IMG/VR virus record: IMGVR_UViG_3300017613_002264
Span: 1-64,000 of that record
Source: a virus
Reading direction: 5' to 3' (one strand)
Length of the DNA stretch: 64,000 bases
Made by a program: the position numbers and the translations under genes. Positions within the stretch are counted from its first letter, which is position 1. Each line of letters starts with the position of its first letter. The notes beneath the pieces were generated by a model. It was given only the letters and a program-made list of their open reading frames with translations, had not been told where the DNA came from and did not search any database. Positions 18,714 through 26,876 of the stretch are shown piece after piece.

Positions 18714-19356
18714 TAATAGTTAGATTACTCATCTTGTTTGCATATTCCACATGATAGGCTCTATCACTAATTTCACTCAATTCTCTTTCATGAGTAACTA
18801 TTAGTAATTGGAATGCAAGGCGACTAGATAACTCACTTAAAATTTTCCCTACTCGTTTAAGAATTACTCCTTTTCCGACAAACTTCATCGGTTCATCCAA
18901 TACAAATATATTACGGCTTCGCGGATCCTCAATTGACCACAGGACAACTCGCAAAGCAAGACTAATGATATCGATAATACCTACGCCCATTTCATCTTTT
19001 GGAAAATACTCATTACCATCTTCTTTTATAATGGGAGTACAAATAATTCGATTATACTTCTTCTGCATAAAAAGTTCAAAGGTAAAGTTCCTGTCAAACA
19101 CGGACTTGACGGCCAGTGTTACCAATGAGTCAATTCTTTCTTTCAGATTGTGGTGAGTAATGTCTACTACTTTATTTATTATTTCTCTAGCCTTCAGATT
19201 ATTTTTAAGATTCTTCTTTACTACTCTTCTTCTGATGGTTTTTCTTTTTAACTTCTTTTTCAGTTCCTTCTTCTTCCATATCAGTTCATCAATGTCCTCA
19301 CTGAAGGCATTGAGTTTCTTTTTTAATTCATAGTAATTACTCATTCCTAGCCTCAT
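18706..19356 (-). CDS. sbcC: SbcC/Rad50-like ATPase, C-terminal half
   Basis: Coiled-coil N-terminal part, then ..GVGIIDIISLALRV.. (signature-like), RNIFVLDEP (Walker B) and LLIVTHE (His loop). There is no Walker A. Confidence 0.6.
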   Translation of the reverse strand: MRLGMSNYYELKKKLNAFSEDIDELIWKKKELKKKLKRKTIRRRVVKKNLKNNLKAREIINKVVDITHHNLKERIDSLVTLAVKSVFDRNFTFELFMQKKYNRIICTPIIKEDGNEYFPKDEMGVGIIDIISLALRVVLWSIEDPRSRNIFVLDEPMKFVGKGVILKRVGKILSELSSRLAFQLLIVTHERELSEISDRAYHVEYANKMSNLTIID

Positions 19357-19588
19357 TAAATTCTTCTATGGCGTCTTCTACTTCACCAATAACAGCCTCG
19401 ACTTCTGCTTCGAGTTCATTTGCTTTCTCTTCATATTCCAATTTTAATTTCTTGGCCGACTTAATATTTTTAACGCTATGATCCCTTTTCATTTTACTTT
19501 TTGTCTCTTTTAATTTTTCAACAAGCACCGAGTACTTGGCTTGTATCCTATCGATTTCGTTCTTGAGTGTATCAATCCTGTTCGGCAT
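19337..19588 (-). CDS. small coiled-coil protein
   Basis: 83 aa, E/K-rich and heptad-like. It lies between sbcD and the sbcC C-terminal half. Confidence 0.4.
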   Translation of the reverse strand: MPNRIDTLKNEIDRIQAKYSVLVEKLKETKSKMKRDHSVKNIKSAKKLKLEYEEKANELEAEVEAVIGEVEDAIEEFNEARNE

Positions 19589-20495
19589 CGATTTTCCTTT
19601 CGATTATCTCAAGTATGTTTTGGTTGACATTGATTTTAGCCATGTACAGGTATAGGTTTTCCATGAGGTTTGCTCGGTAGGGATCATCTGGATCGATTTC
19701 CTCAACTGCGTCGAAGAATGTACTCATTATAGATCCTATTTCTCGTTCCCTTTCGATATGGTCTCTACTCAATACCTCGTCTGCATCTTCTACTGGAATA
19801 TATTTCTTAGTTAGCTCTCGAGTTTTTGTGTCGAGTAAATAGAAATGAGGCTTGTGAGTAAAGTTATATTTGGTCGCTTCTTTCCTCATCATTGGGCCAG
19901 TATTTATTATCGTGGTTTTACCCAACTTAAGATTGAATGATCTGTGAATGTCTCCGCAAAGAATTAAGTCAAACCGGTCAACATGTTTTTTGAGATATGT
20001 CTTCGCGCCGATAACTGATACGCCTTTTACTCGGTCGACCGCTATTGGAGCATGAGTAATGAGTATATTGTAATCGTGCGGCAATACCAAAGGGTTTACA
20101 GGAGGTAGTTTTTGATTCCACCCTGCTCCGTAAAGGCATACATGTTTCTTGGAGAGTAGAGTAGACTTTACTATTTTAATATAGCCTATGTTGACAAGTA
20201 TTCCTATTGTAGTAGCCGGTGATCCATCTACTCGTAGGTACTTATCATGCTGACCTTCTACAGCATAAGTTTTCACTCCCTTATACTTTTTAAATAAGTC
20301 CATCATGAAGGTGAGTAGTAACCAATCCCTCGTTCTATCAAACAAGTCGCCGGTTTGCAATACATGAGCCTTTCTCTTTTTTGCGAACTTGTAGACGTAG
20401 TGAAGTTTACTCATGCACGATTGAAGATATTTATCTTTACGGGCAATGGGTTGCTGACTTGACGCATGGACGTCCGATAGTAATACTAATTTCAT
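19572..20495 (-). CDS. sbcD: SbcD/Mre11-like metallophosphoesterase nuclease
   Basis: LLSDVHAS, TGDLFD, EGQHD, ITHAP and CGDIHR, the calcineurin-like phosphoesterase motifs in order. Confidence 0.8.
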   Translation of the reverse strand: MKLVLLSDVHASSQQPIARKDKYLQSCMSKLHYVYKFAKKRKAHVLQTGDLFDRTRDWLLLTFMMDLFKKYKGVKTYAVEGQHDKYLRVDGSPATTIGILVNIGYIKIVKSTLLSKKHVCLYGAGWNQKLPPVNPLVLPHDYNILITHAPIAVDRVKGVSVIGAKTYLKKHVDRFDLILCGDIHRSFNLKLGKTTIINTGPMMRKEATKYNFTHKPHFYLLDTKTRELTKKYIPVEDADEVLSRDHIEREREIGSIMSTFFDAVEEIDPDDPYRANLMENLYLYMAKINVNQNILEIIERKIDAEQD

Positions 20496-21427
20496 ATACT
20501 CCTCTCAATTCTTCTTATCACCTTGGAATTAATGTCTCCAAAGCAAGTAGGACACAAACCTTTCTTCTTGATTAATTTTATGAACTCATTTTTCAACTTC
20601 TCTTTCCGTCTGCCCAATTGTATCTTCTCCATACTATCGAAAATAAAGGAGCCGAGTACATCGATATCATCATTTAATTCGTTGATCTGGTCATCTAGAT
20701 TGCCATATAGCACCATTTTACCATCCAATGTACGGATGGTACGTTTGAACATATTTAATTGAGATGAGTATTCCTTATAATCTGCTATGAGTGTTTTAAT
20801 ATCATCCCATTTCTTTACTACTCGGACTCTTTTAGATAAGGTTCTTTTCCCTTCCTTTATTTTGATCGCTGTAGAGTCAACAAACTCAAGGCTTTGCAGT
20901 TCCTTCTTAATACCCTTTATCTCCTCATCGAGAGTCTCTTCTTCTGATTTGAGGTCGTTAATATCCCGGGTCAATGATTGAATCCATTTGTCTACTTTTT
21001 CGGATTTGGTTATTCGGTTGATGGTCTTGGTAATTTCTCCACCAGAAGAAGTAACGAGGAAAGGCGGATCTAATTGGGATTGAATATTGATAGAAGACAT
21101 TCTGAGAACTTGAGTAACTTCCTCAGGAACTTTTGTGCCAAACTTTCTGAACTTCCTTTTATTTACGTAGTAGATTCTCTCGGTAGGTGTCTTCTTTATT
21201 TTGACCGTGTTTCCTTCATAAGTTTTTACGGTAACAGAAGTAGTATTCTCTCCATGTCTCACAAACCGACCGCCTGATGGTCGATTATTAATAACCAACC
21301 CGAGTGCCCGTAGAATGGCGGTCTTACCGGCTTGCGTCCTACCTACAATAAAATTAACTCCCTTGGTCAATCTGATAATAGTCTTCTTATGACTTTGAAA
21401 GTTTTTTATAACGATGCTTTTTAACAT
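20492..21427 (-). CDS. sbcC: SbcC/Rad50-like ATPase, N-terminal half ending in a CxxC hook-like motif
   Basis: MLKSIVIKNFQSH.., GRTQAGKT (Walker A) and a long coiled-coil. CPTC lies 16 aa before the stop. There is no Walker B or signature motif. Confidence 0.7.
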   Translation of the reverse strand: MLKSIVIKNFQSHKKTIIRLTKGVNFIVGRTQAGKTAILRALGLVINNRPSGGRFVRHGENTTSVTVKTYEGNTVKIKKTPTERIYYVNKRKFRKFGTKVPEEVTQVLRMSSINIQSQLDPPFLVTSSGGEITKTINRITKSEKVDKWIQSLTRDINDLKSEEETLDEEIKGIKKELQSLEFVDSTAIKIKEGKRTLSKRVRVVKKWDDIKTLIADYKEYSSQLNMFKRTIRTLDGKMVLYGNLDDQINELNDDIDVLGSFIFDSMEKIQLGRRKEKLKNEFIKLIKKKGLCPTCFGDINSKVIRRIERSI

Positions 21428-21704
21428 TTTTCCTCTTCAATGTCTTGCGAGTAGTTATAGTTATGAGTTCTATCACTTTTGGCTTGCGTTGCTTCGGTTG
21501 CTTAATACCAGTATCCAACTCCATCCTCATCCTGTTCCATTCTTCGAGTATTGAGTGAATGAAATTGGTTATCCTCGCGTATTGCTCAGGACTAGCATTA
21601 GTATTTTGGATTGTAGTAATTACTCGGTGCTGTTGCCCAGTGAGTTCTACTTTCCAATCGGTATCATACCTTATATGATGCATTTGAGTACGGCGTCTAG
21701 CCAT
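21387..21704 (-). CDS. hypothetical protein
   Basis: 105-aa ORF with no named motif. Confidence 0.4.
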   Translation of the reverse strand: MARRRTQMHHIRYDTDWKVELTGQQHRVITTIQNTNASPEQYARITNFIHSILEEWNRMRMELDTGIKQPKQRKPKVIELITITTRKTLKRKNVKKHRYKKLSKS

Positions 21705-21708
21705 TGAT

Positions 21709-21915
21709 TTATCTCCTCATTAATTTTTTGAGTAATGATTTTAATTCAGAAGCAAAATCTTCCCAAGCAACTCGAAGTTTAATACTTGATGCGATGAAAG
21801 ATCCATGAAAGGCTTTGACCATCTTATCATCGCTAACATCCATAGGGGTTTGCGTGTATCTTCTCAAACGTCTCACATACTTCTTGAAGGCTTTATGCGA
21901 AAGTTCCTCTCCCAT
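21709..21915 (-). CDS. hypothetical protein
   Basis: 68-aa ORF with no named motif. Confidence 0.35.
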   Translation of the reverse strand: MGEELSHKAFKKYVRRLRRYTQTPMDVSDDKMVKAFHGSFIASSIKLRVAWEDFASELKSLLKKLMRR

Positions 21916-22736
21916 CTTTCAAAATTCTCCTCTTTTAAAAAGTGTATAAATCTTAACTTATCAAAGGTGGATATAAACTTCTTTCTACTCAATCGATTTT
22001 TCTTGTAGACAAACTTTAATTCTCTTCCACCTAAGTAGGGAAGGTTTATCAACCTCATGTTGAGGTTAATCTCTTTTTGATTTACCTTTATATTCTCGTA
22101 AGCCTTTGTGGTTGTTGGGAGTATACCCTTTATATATTTGAGGGCCGTCTTTTCTCCGACCCCTGCAATACCCTTGATGTTATCAGAAGAGTCTCCTGCA
22201 ATGGATTTCACTCGAGACCATTCCTTCGGTGATATACCATATGCTCTTCTAAAGTCATCCACAGTAAATTCTTTTTTGGTTTTGGGATTATAAATACTCA
22301 CTTTGCGACCGAGTAGTTGATACAAATCCTTGTCTGTGCTTACTATAATAGTTTTCCTCTTGTAGTATTTCAAAGCATAATAGGCGATGAGGTCGTCGGC
22401 TTCGTACCCCGATTTTATCTTTATGTTTTTGAATCCCATTTGAGGAAGGATTTCTCTTCTGATTTGAGTCAACTGTCGGTGCATGTGATGTAGTTCAATT
22501 AGTTTTTCTTCGGTGAGGTCTTTATGGCGGGTGCCTTTGTAGGAAGGTAGTACTCGTTTTCTTATATTCTTTTTACTATCAAAACAAAATACCATAGCAG
22601 TACCATGTCTTTGAGCGATACTATTCACCATGTTGAGGAAACCGAACACGGTTCCGGTGAGTATTTCTCCATCGGCTAGTTCGCCCAAAGAATGGTACGC
22701 CATGTAAGCAATATTATTGGCATCAATAAGAATCAT
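21873..22736 (-). CDS. 5'-3' exonuclease / flap endonuclease (PIN-like plus H3TH)
   Basis: MILIDANNIAYMAYH, FDSKKN.R...LPSYKG.R, GYEADDLIA, VSTDKDLYQLL and SDNIKGIAGVGEKTALKYI. Confidence 0.9.
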   Translation of the reverse strand: MILIDANNIAYMAYHSLGELADGEILTGTVFGFLNMVNSIAQRHGTAMVFCFDSKKNIRKRVLPSYKGTRHKDLTEEKLIELHHMHRQLTQIRREILPQMGFKNIKIKSGYEADDLIAYYALKYYKRKTIIVSTDKDLYQLLGRKVSIYNPKTKKEFTVDDFRRAYGISPKEWSRVKSIAGDSSDNIKGIAGVGEKTALKYIKGILPTTTKAYENIKVNQKEINLNMRLINLPYLGGRELKFVYKKNRLSRKKFISTFDKLRFIHFLKEENFERWERNFRIKPSRSM

Positions 22737-22741
22737 GAGAT

Positions 22742-22996
22742 TTATACGTGGCCGGGAACTCCAACAGTTGTTATATTACTCTCTTCTAGTTTTGCTGATA
22801 CCCAATATCCCGCGGCGAATGCCCTGATGTTTACACCTACCACTGGCATCCCGGGAACTGTGGGCGGAATACCATCTGGCATCTTTGTAATAATGAGGTC
22901 ACCGTTTGGAGATATACCGAATCCATTGCCTTCAGTTACCTTTTCTGTTTCACCTTCTGTTCCTTTTGCTGGATTCCAAGTTCTGACTTCGATCAT
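22742..22996 (-). CDS. hypothetical protein
   Basis: 84-aa ORF with no named motif. Confidence 0.4.
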   Translation of the reverse strand: MIEVRTWNPAKGTEGETEKVTEGNGFGISPNGDLIITKMPDGIPPTVPGMPVVGVNIRAFAAGYWVSAKLEESNITTVGVPGHV

Positions 22997-23008
22997 GAGT
23001 AATTCTCC

Positions 23009-24055
23009 TTATGAAATGGTTTTTGGTTTGCGAGTAGTTCTAAATTTCTTCTGAACATTTCGCCATAATTCAACTGTTCTATCTCTGAGTTCTGTTTCGT
23101 GCTCATGCTCCTCAACCCAGTTTATTGCTTGATCCATACGGACATAATTCTTACTTATACAATCATACTTCGTCGCGCCGGTCATTGTTTTGCAGTATTG
23201 AAGATTACCTCGAATGTCGTCAATACCATAACCGAAGACGATGAAAATTGGTGCATCCCTGTGAGGTTCATCAATTGAGGATTTGGTAACGGTGGCCGTA
23301 CTTATAATACCCTCAATCTTTTTTACTTTCTTACCGCCGATCTTTTTCTCTTTATAGATTTTACCCTTTGGAAACTGGGGCGCAATGCGGATTCGCAGGG
23401 ATGAGTAGTATGGAATACCTTTGCCACCGGGAGTTGTAATACCAGACGGCCCCATCCTCTCCTGATTACTACACGCCACTATCCATTTATTGTTGGCGAT
23501 AATACGAGCAGTTTTCCTCAACCCTTCTGAGAAGTCTTTTGCTCGTTTCATACCGTAGGCATCGCCACCACCTAACTCCATTTCAGTAGTTAAGGCGGCG
23601 AGTGAATCAGAAGCAATAACACTGATTGCCTTCTTTTTCTTTTGTCTCGGTTCCCAACCATAAATATGATCAAACATCTCATTGACCAAGTTCGGTCTGT
23701 AGTAGTCTTTTGATTTCAACATCATTCCATAAATCCTCGAGTATTCCTGATTTAGTCTTGCTTCAGGATCTAGGAACTTTACCGCGCCACCTTTTGATTG
23801 AGCACTAGCCGCCAAAGAGACGAGTATTGCAGTTTTGCCTGCTCCAGAAGGCCCATATACCTCAATGATAATACCGCCCGGGACTCCGCCGAGTCTTTTT
23901 ACCTTTCCAGATATGGCAAGATCAAGTAGGGTACTTCCTGTAGAAATAAGTTTGGTCATTGCGGGCTTGACTAATGCAGGCGTGATTCTTGATGGTCTTG
24001 GTCTTCTACTCAATGTTCGACGAGTAGTTCTACTTGATCTTGTTAGTGTCTTCAT
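23009..24055 (-). CDS. RecA-family recombinase-like ATPase
   Basis: LLDLAISG..LGGVPGGIIIEVYGPSGAGKT (Walker A in a RecA-like context) and ISVIASDSLAAL (Walker B-like). Confidence 0.7.
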   Translation of the reverse strand: MKTLTRSSRTTRRTLSRRPRPSRITPALVKPAMTKLISTGSTLLDLAISGKVKRLGGVPGGIIIEVYGPSGAGKTAILVSLAASAQSKGGAVKFLDPEARLNQEYSRIYGMMLKSKDYYRPNLVNEMFDHIYGWEPRQKKKKAISVIASDSLAALTTEMELGGGDAYGMKRAKDFSEGLRKTARIIANNKWIVACSNQERMGPSGITTPGGKGIPYYSSLRIRIAPQFPKGKIYKEKKIGGKKVKKIEGIISTATVTKSSIDEPHRDAPIFIVFGYGIDDIRGNLQYCKTMTGATKYDCISKNYVRMDQAINWVEEHEHETELRDRTVELWRNVQKKFRTTRKPKTIS

Positions 24056-24075
24056 TATACCACTCCTTTAGGAAT

Positions 24076-24152
24076 GGGCGAGTAATTAATAAGCCGTCTA
24101 CACCGCTACCTCCGAATCTTTTGCTCGGCTCCACTCATTAATATACTCGCCC
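24076..24152 (-). other. intergenic hairpin between SSB-like and RecA-like genes
   Basis: GGGCGAGTAATTAATAAG (24076-24093) pairs with CTCATTAATATACTCGCCC (24134-24152). The stem is 18 bp with one bulge and one A-C mismatch, which is U-G in the minus-sense RNA. Confidence 0.5.
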
Positions 24153-24159
24153 AAGAAAG

Positions 24160-25368
24160 TTATCTGTTTCTCAGTTTACGTTTCTTCTTTCCTTTAGTAG
24201 AGGGTTTTCTTTTCCTCTTCTTAGTGGTTTTCTTTTTCTTCCTTTTGGTGTTCTTCTTTCTTTTCTGTTGCTCAGCGAGACATTCTTCCCAAACGTCACA
24301 CTCCTCGCAACCATCTAACTCATTTGTATCTGAGCCGAAGTCGCCACCGCCGGGACATTCTTCCTCATCGTCCTCATCGTCGTCGTCTTCGTCTTCGTCC
24401 TCATCTTCTTCCTCATCCTCGTCTTCGTCTTCATCCTCCTCATCGTAATCCTCATCCTCGTTTTCCTCATCCTCATCATACTCGTCTTCGTCTTCATCAT
24501 CCCCATCATCAATGGGTTCGCCATAATACTCTTCGTAGACGCTTTCATATGTAGGAATGTGGATTAACTCATCGAGTATTTGAGCATCCTCGAGGGTATC
24601 ATCATCTATCTCATAATCCCTTTCCTCGAAGCGGTGGCCGATATACTCAGCGAAATCGTTTCTGGTTTTTGGAGGATTAATAGTGAAGGCAATTGACTTT
24701 CCTTCATCGGGATCTGTGAAAGGAACTAAAGTGCCTTCTCCTCCGCCGGGTCTGCGACCCCTTCCTTTCATGAGGGTATCGAGATGTTTCTGCATGTAGA
24801 ACTCAGCAACTTCCCAAACCTGTACGCCTTTATCCTCTTCTCTGGATGAGTCAAAGCAAAGGATATTGTAAATGGCGCGTTTCTTTGGATACAAGGCTTT
24901 CCAGATATCCTCATCTGCTCCCTCGGTTCTGAGGGCGAGTCGATGTTCACAAATAGGACAAGGTTGGCCGAATGTCTCATAAAGACACAAGGCAGACTTG
25001 TCTTCATTTGATCCAATACCGTAATGGACTTTTACTCGGAGACTATAGGCAACCTTTCCTTCTTGAACTGTCGGATGATTTTCTCCGGCGAGGAAAGGGA
25101 TGAAATCGATCAAGTGGTCTCCACCTTCAGGCGACCAGAAATTGACTCCGGTATCCCCTTTGAATATACCCTTGCCGCCCGCGTCTTTACGGTCCTGATC
25201 TTCTTGCAACCGCTTGAGTAAATCTTTTTTCATCTTGGCACGAACGCCTTTTGATATGCGTTTGTTCTTGCGCTTCGGCGTGCGTTTTGGCGGAGTCTTT
25301 TTCCTCATAGACTTCTTGCCTTTCGTGGTTTTCTTTTTCGTGGTTTTCTTCTTTCTCCTTACTACCAT
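24160..25368 (-). CDS. putative gp32-like ssDNA-binding protein with long acidic tract
   Basis: H...C......CPICEH resembles the T4 gp32 zinc site. A D/E-rich stretch of ~50 aa follows. The gene sits between the recombinase and clamp-loader genes. AAGGAGG RBS at 25368. Confidence 0.45.
   Translation of the reverse strand: MVVRRKKKTTKKKTTKGKKSMRKKTPPKRTPKRKNKRISKGVRAKMKKDLLKRLQEDQDRKDAGGKGIFKGDTGVNFWSPEGGDHLIDFIPFLAGENHPTVQEGKVAYSLRVKVHYGIGSNEDKSALCLYETFGQPCPICEHRLALRTEGADEDIWKALYPKKRAIYNILCFDSSREEDKGVQVWEVAEFYMQKHLDTLMKGRGRRPGGGEGTLVPFTDPDEGKSIAFTINPPKTRNDFAEYIGHRFEERDYEIDDDTLEDAQILDELIHIPTYESVYEEYYGEPIDDGDDEDEDEYDEDEENEDEDYDEEDEDEDEDEEEDEDEDEDDDDEDDEEECPGGGDFGSDTNELDGCEECDVWEECLAEQQKRKKNTKRKKKKTTKKRKRKPSTKGKKKRKLRNR
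24358..24510 (-). repeat. Asp/Glu-coding low-complexity tract
   Basis: GAY/GAR codon run in the SSB-like gene (approximate bounds). Confidence 0.85.
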
Positions 25369-25495
25369 TGTGTTTCCTCCTTTCCTGTGAATCGAAGTAA
25401 CTTCTCATTACTCCTAATGTTAATACTCGTAACGCTAAGTATAACCCAAACAATGCTATTATGTACGTCAAGAATATTTTGATAACTTCTGCCAT
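25187..25495 (-). CDS. possible small membrane protein (doubtful extent)
   Basis: The N-terminal 35 aa form a hydrophobic helix (IFLTYIIALFGLYLALRVLTLGV). The rest overlaps the start of the SSB-like gene in another frame, so the true product may be shorter or spurious. Confidence 0.25.
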   Translation of the reverse strand: MAEVIKIFLTYIIALFGLYLALRVLTLGVMRSYFDSQERRKHNGSKEKEENHEKENHERQEVYEEKDSAKTHAEAQEQTHIKRRSCQDEKRFTQAVARRSGP

Positions 25496-25571
25496 GTCTC
25501 ATTCCTTGGTTTTTCAATTTTCACTTACCTCTATTATACCAGAAACAAACCCCAAATTGATATTTAATTTT

Positions 25572-26480
25572 TTATTCTGTCAATTCAGTTGCTTGGTAGC
25601 AAGACAATACCAAACCGGCTTTTTTCGAGTAAATGTAGGATTCACGGAAACACTCAAGGATAAAGGCTGTACGAGCCTCTCCATCGTCGAGAAGAGTACT
25701 AGTGAAGTATTTCAATATTCTATATCTCACCATTTCTGGTTCAGCATCTAATTCTTTTAATATGCTAGCTATCACATTCCATTTGGCGTTTTTATTTAAT
25801 GCTCGACAAAGTTCAATGATGGTCGCTTTCTCATTTCTCACTTCGTCAATTACCTCGTCGATATCCTCATCGTCCATGTTAATAACCTTCGCCAACATGG
25901 TCAAGGCTTGCCTTGGCGACCCCTCAGCATTTTTTACGATGGAAGCAATTACTTTTGTTTTGACTTCTGCTTCTTCAGCATCAATAACATCTTTAACTAA
26001 TGAGGTCATGTCTGGACGATTGAGTCTACTCACTTTAAATTGAGTACATCTGCCCAATACCGTCTCCAACAACTTCTCTGGTTCGGTGGTGCAAAGAATA
26101 AAATACGTGTTTGGTGGAGGCTCTTCGAGTAATTCAAGCATTGCATTTTGAAATTCTTTTGTAGCCATGTGAACTTCATTGAGTATTATTACTCGGGAAA
26201 CATCAAAAGTATGATAGAATACCTTTTCAATTATCTTTCGAGCCGCGTCAATACCCCGAGTGTCTGATATGTTGTACTCCTTGGGTTTCTTGCAACCGAG
26301 ATAAACACTCATGATCCTTGCTAGAGTAGTCTTTCCACAACCACTCGGCCCGCGTAGTAGATATGTTGTAGGCTTTACTTTATCGTCCATCAAGGTGATT
26401 AGGGATTCAACTAAGGTACGGTTGCCATACATCTCCTCGAAGTCACTTGGCCGGTACTTTCGATGTATTGGTAAACTCAT
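25572..26480 (-). CDS. clamp-loader AAA+ ATPase (DNA pol III gamma/tau or delta-prime-like)
   Basis: LLRGPSGCGKTT (Walker A), VIILNEVH and LLEEPPPNTYFILCTTEPEKLL.TVLGRC. Confidence 0.8.
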   Translation of the reverse strand: MSLPIHRKYRPSDFEEMYGNRTLVESLITLMDDKVKPTTYLLRGPSGCGKTTLARIMSVYLGCKKPKEYNISDTRGIDAARKIIEKVFYHTFDVSRVIILNEVHMATKEFQNAMLELLEEPPPNTYFILCTTEPEKLLETVLGRCTQFKVSRLNRPDMTSLVKDVIDAEEAEVKTKVIASIVKNAEGSPRQALTMLAKVINMDDEDIDEVIDEVRNEKATIIELCRALNKNAKWNVIASILKELDAEPEMVRYRILKYFTSTLLDDGEARTAFILECFRESYIYSKKAGLVLSCYQATELTE

Positions 26481-26686
26481 TACTCATCTCCTAGTATATC
26501 TTTTAATCTGTTGAGTAGTTCCCGAGCATGTAATTTACAAAGGAAGAACATTTCTTTACTACCTACTCGAGTAAATACTAGTTTCACAGTACCATCACTT
26601 TTATCGAATGCTTGGTCTTGGTCGTTATTAAAACACTCGAGACAAATTCTGGGTATGCCCGACTTTTTTATCCTCATGTCGTCCAT
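26480..26686 (-). CDS. hypothetical protein
   Basis: 68-aa ORF whose stop abuts the clamp-loader start. Confidence 0.4.
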   Translation of the reverse strand: MDDMRIKKSGIPRICLECFNNDQDQAFDKSDGTVKLVFTRVGSKEMFFLCKLHARELLNRLKDILGDE

Positions 26687-26876
26687 CCTTTTTCTTTTGC
26701 GTGTTGTTTACAAAACAGTCCGCCCGGACCGTAACCGACTTTTCTACTTCATTGATATGAAAGGATCATACAGCCTTGAGCCCATACCTCTTTCCTACAA
26801 TACCGAGGATCTAATTTACTACCCTCGGGATTGCCTGCCCAACTTCCATATCTTTTATCTTTTTTCAAATGTCTCA

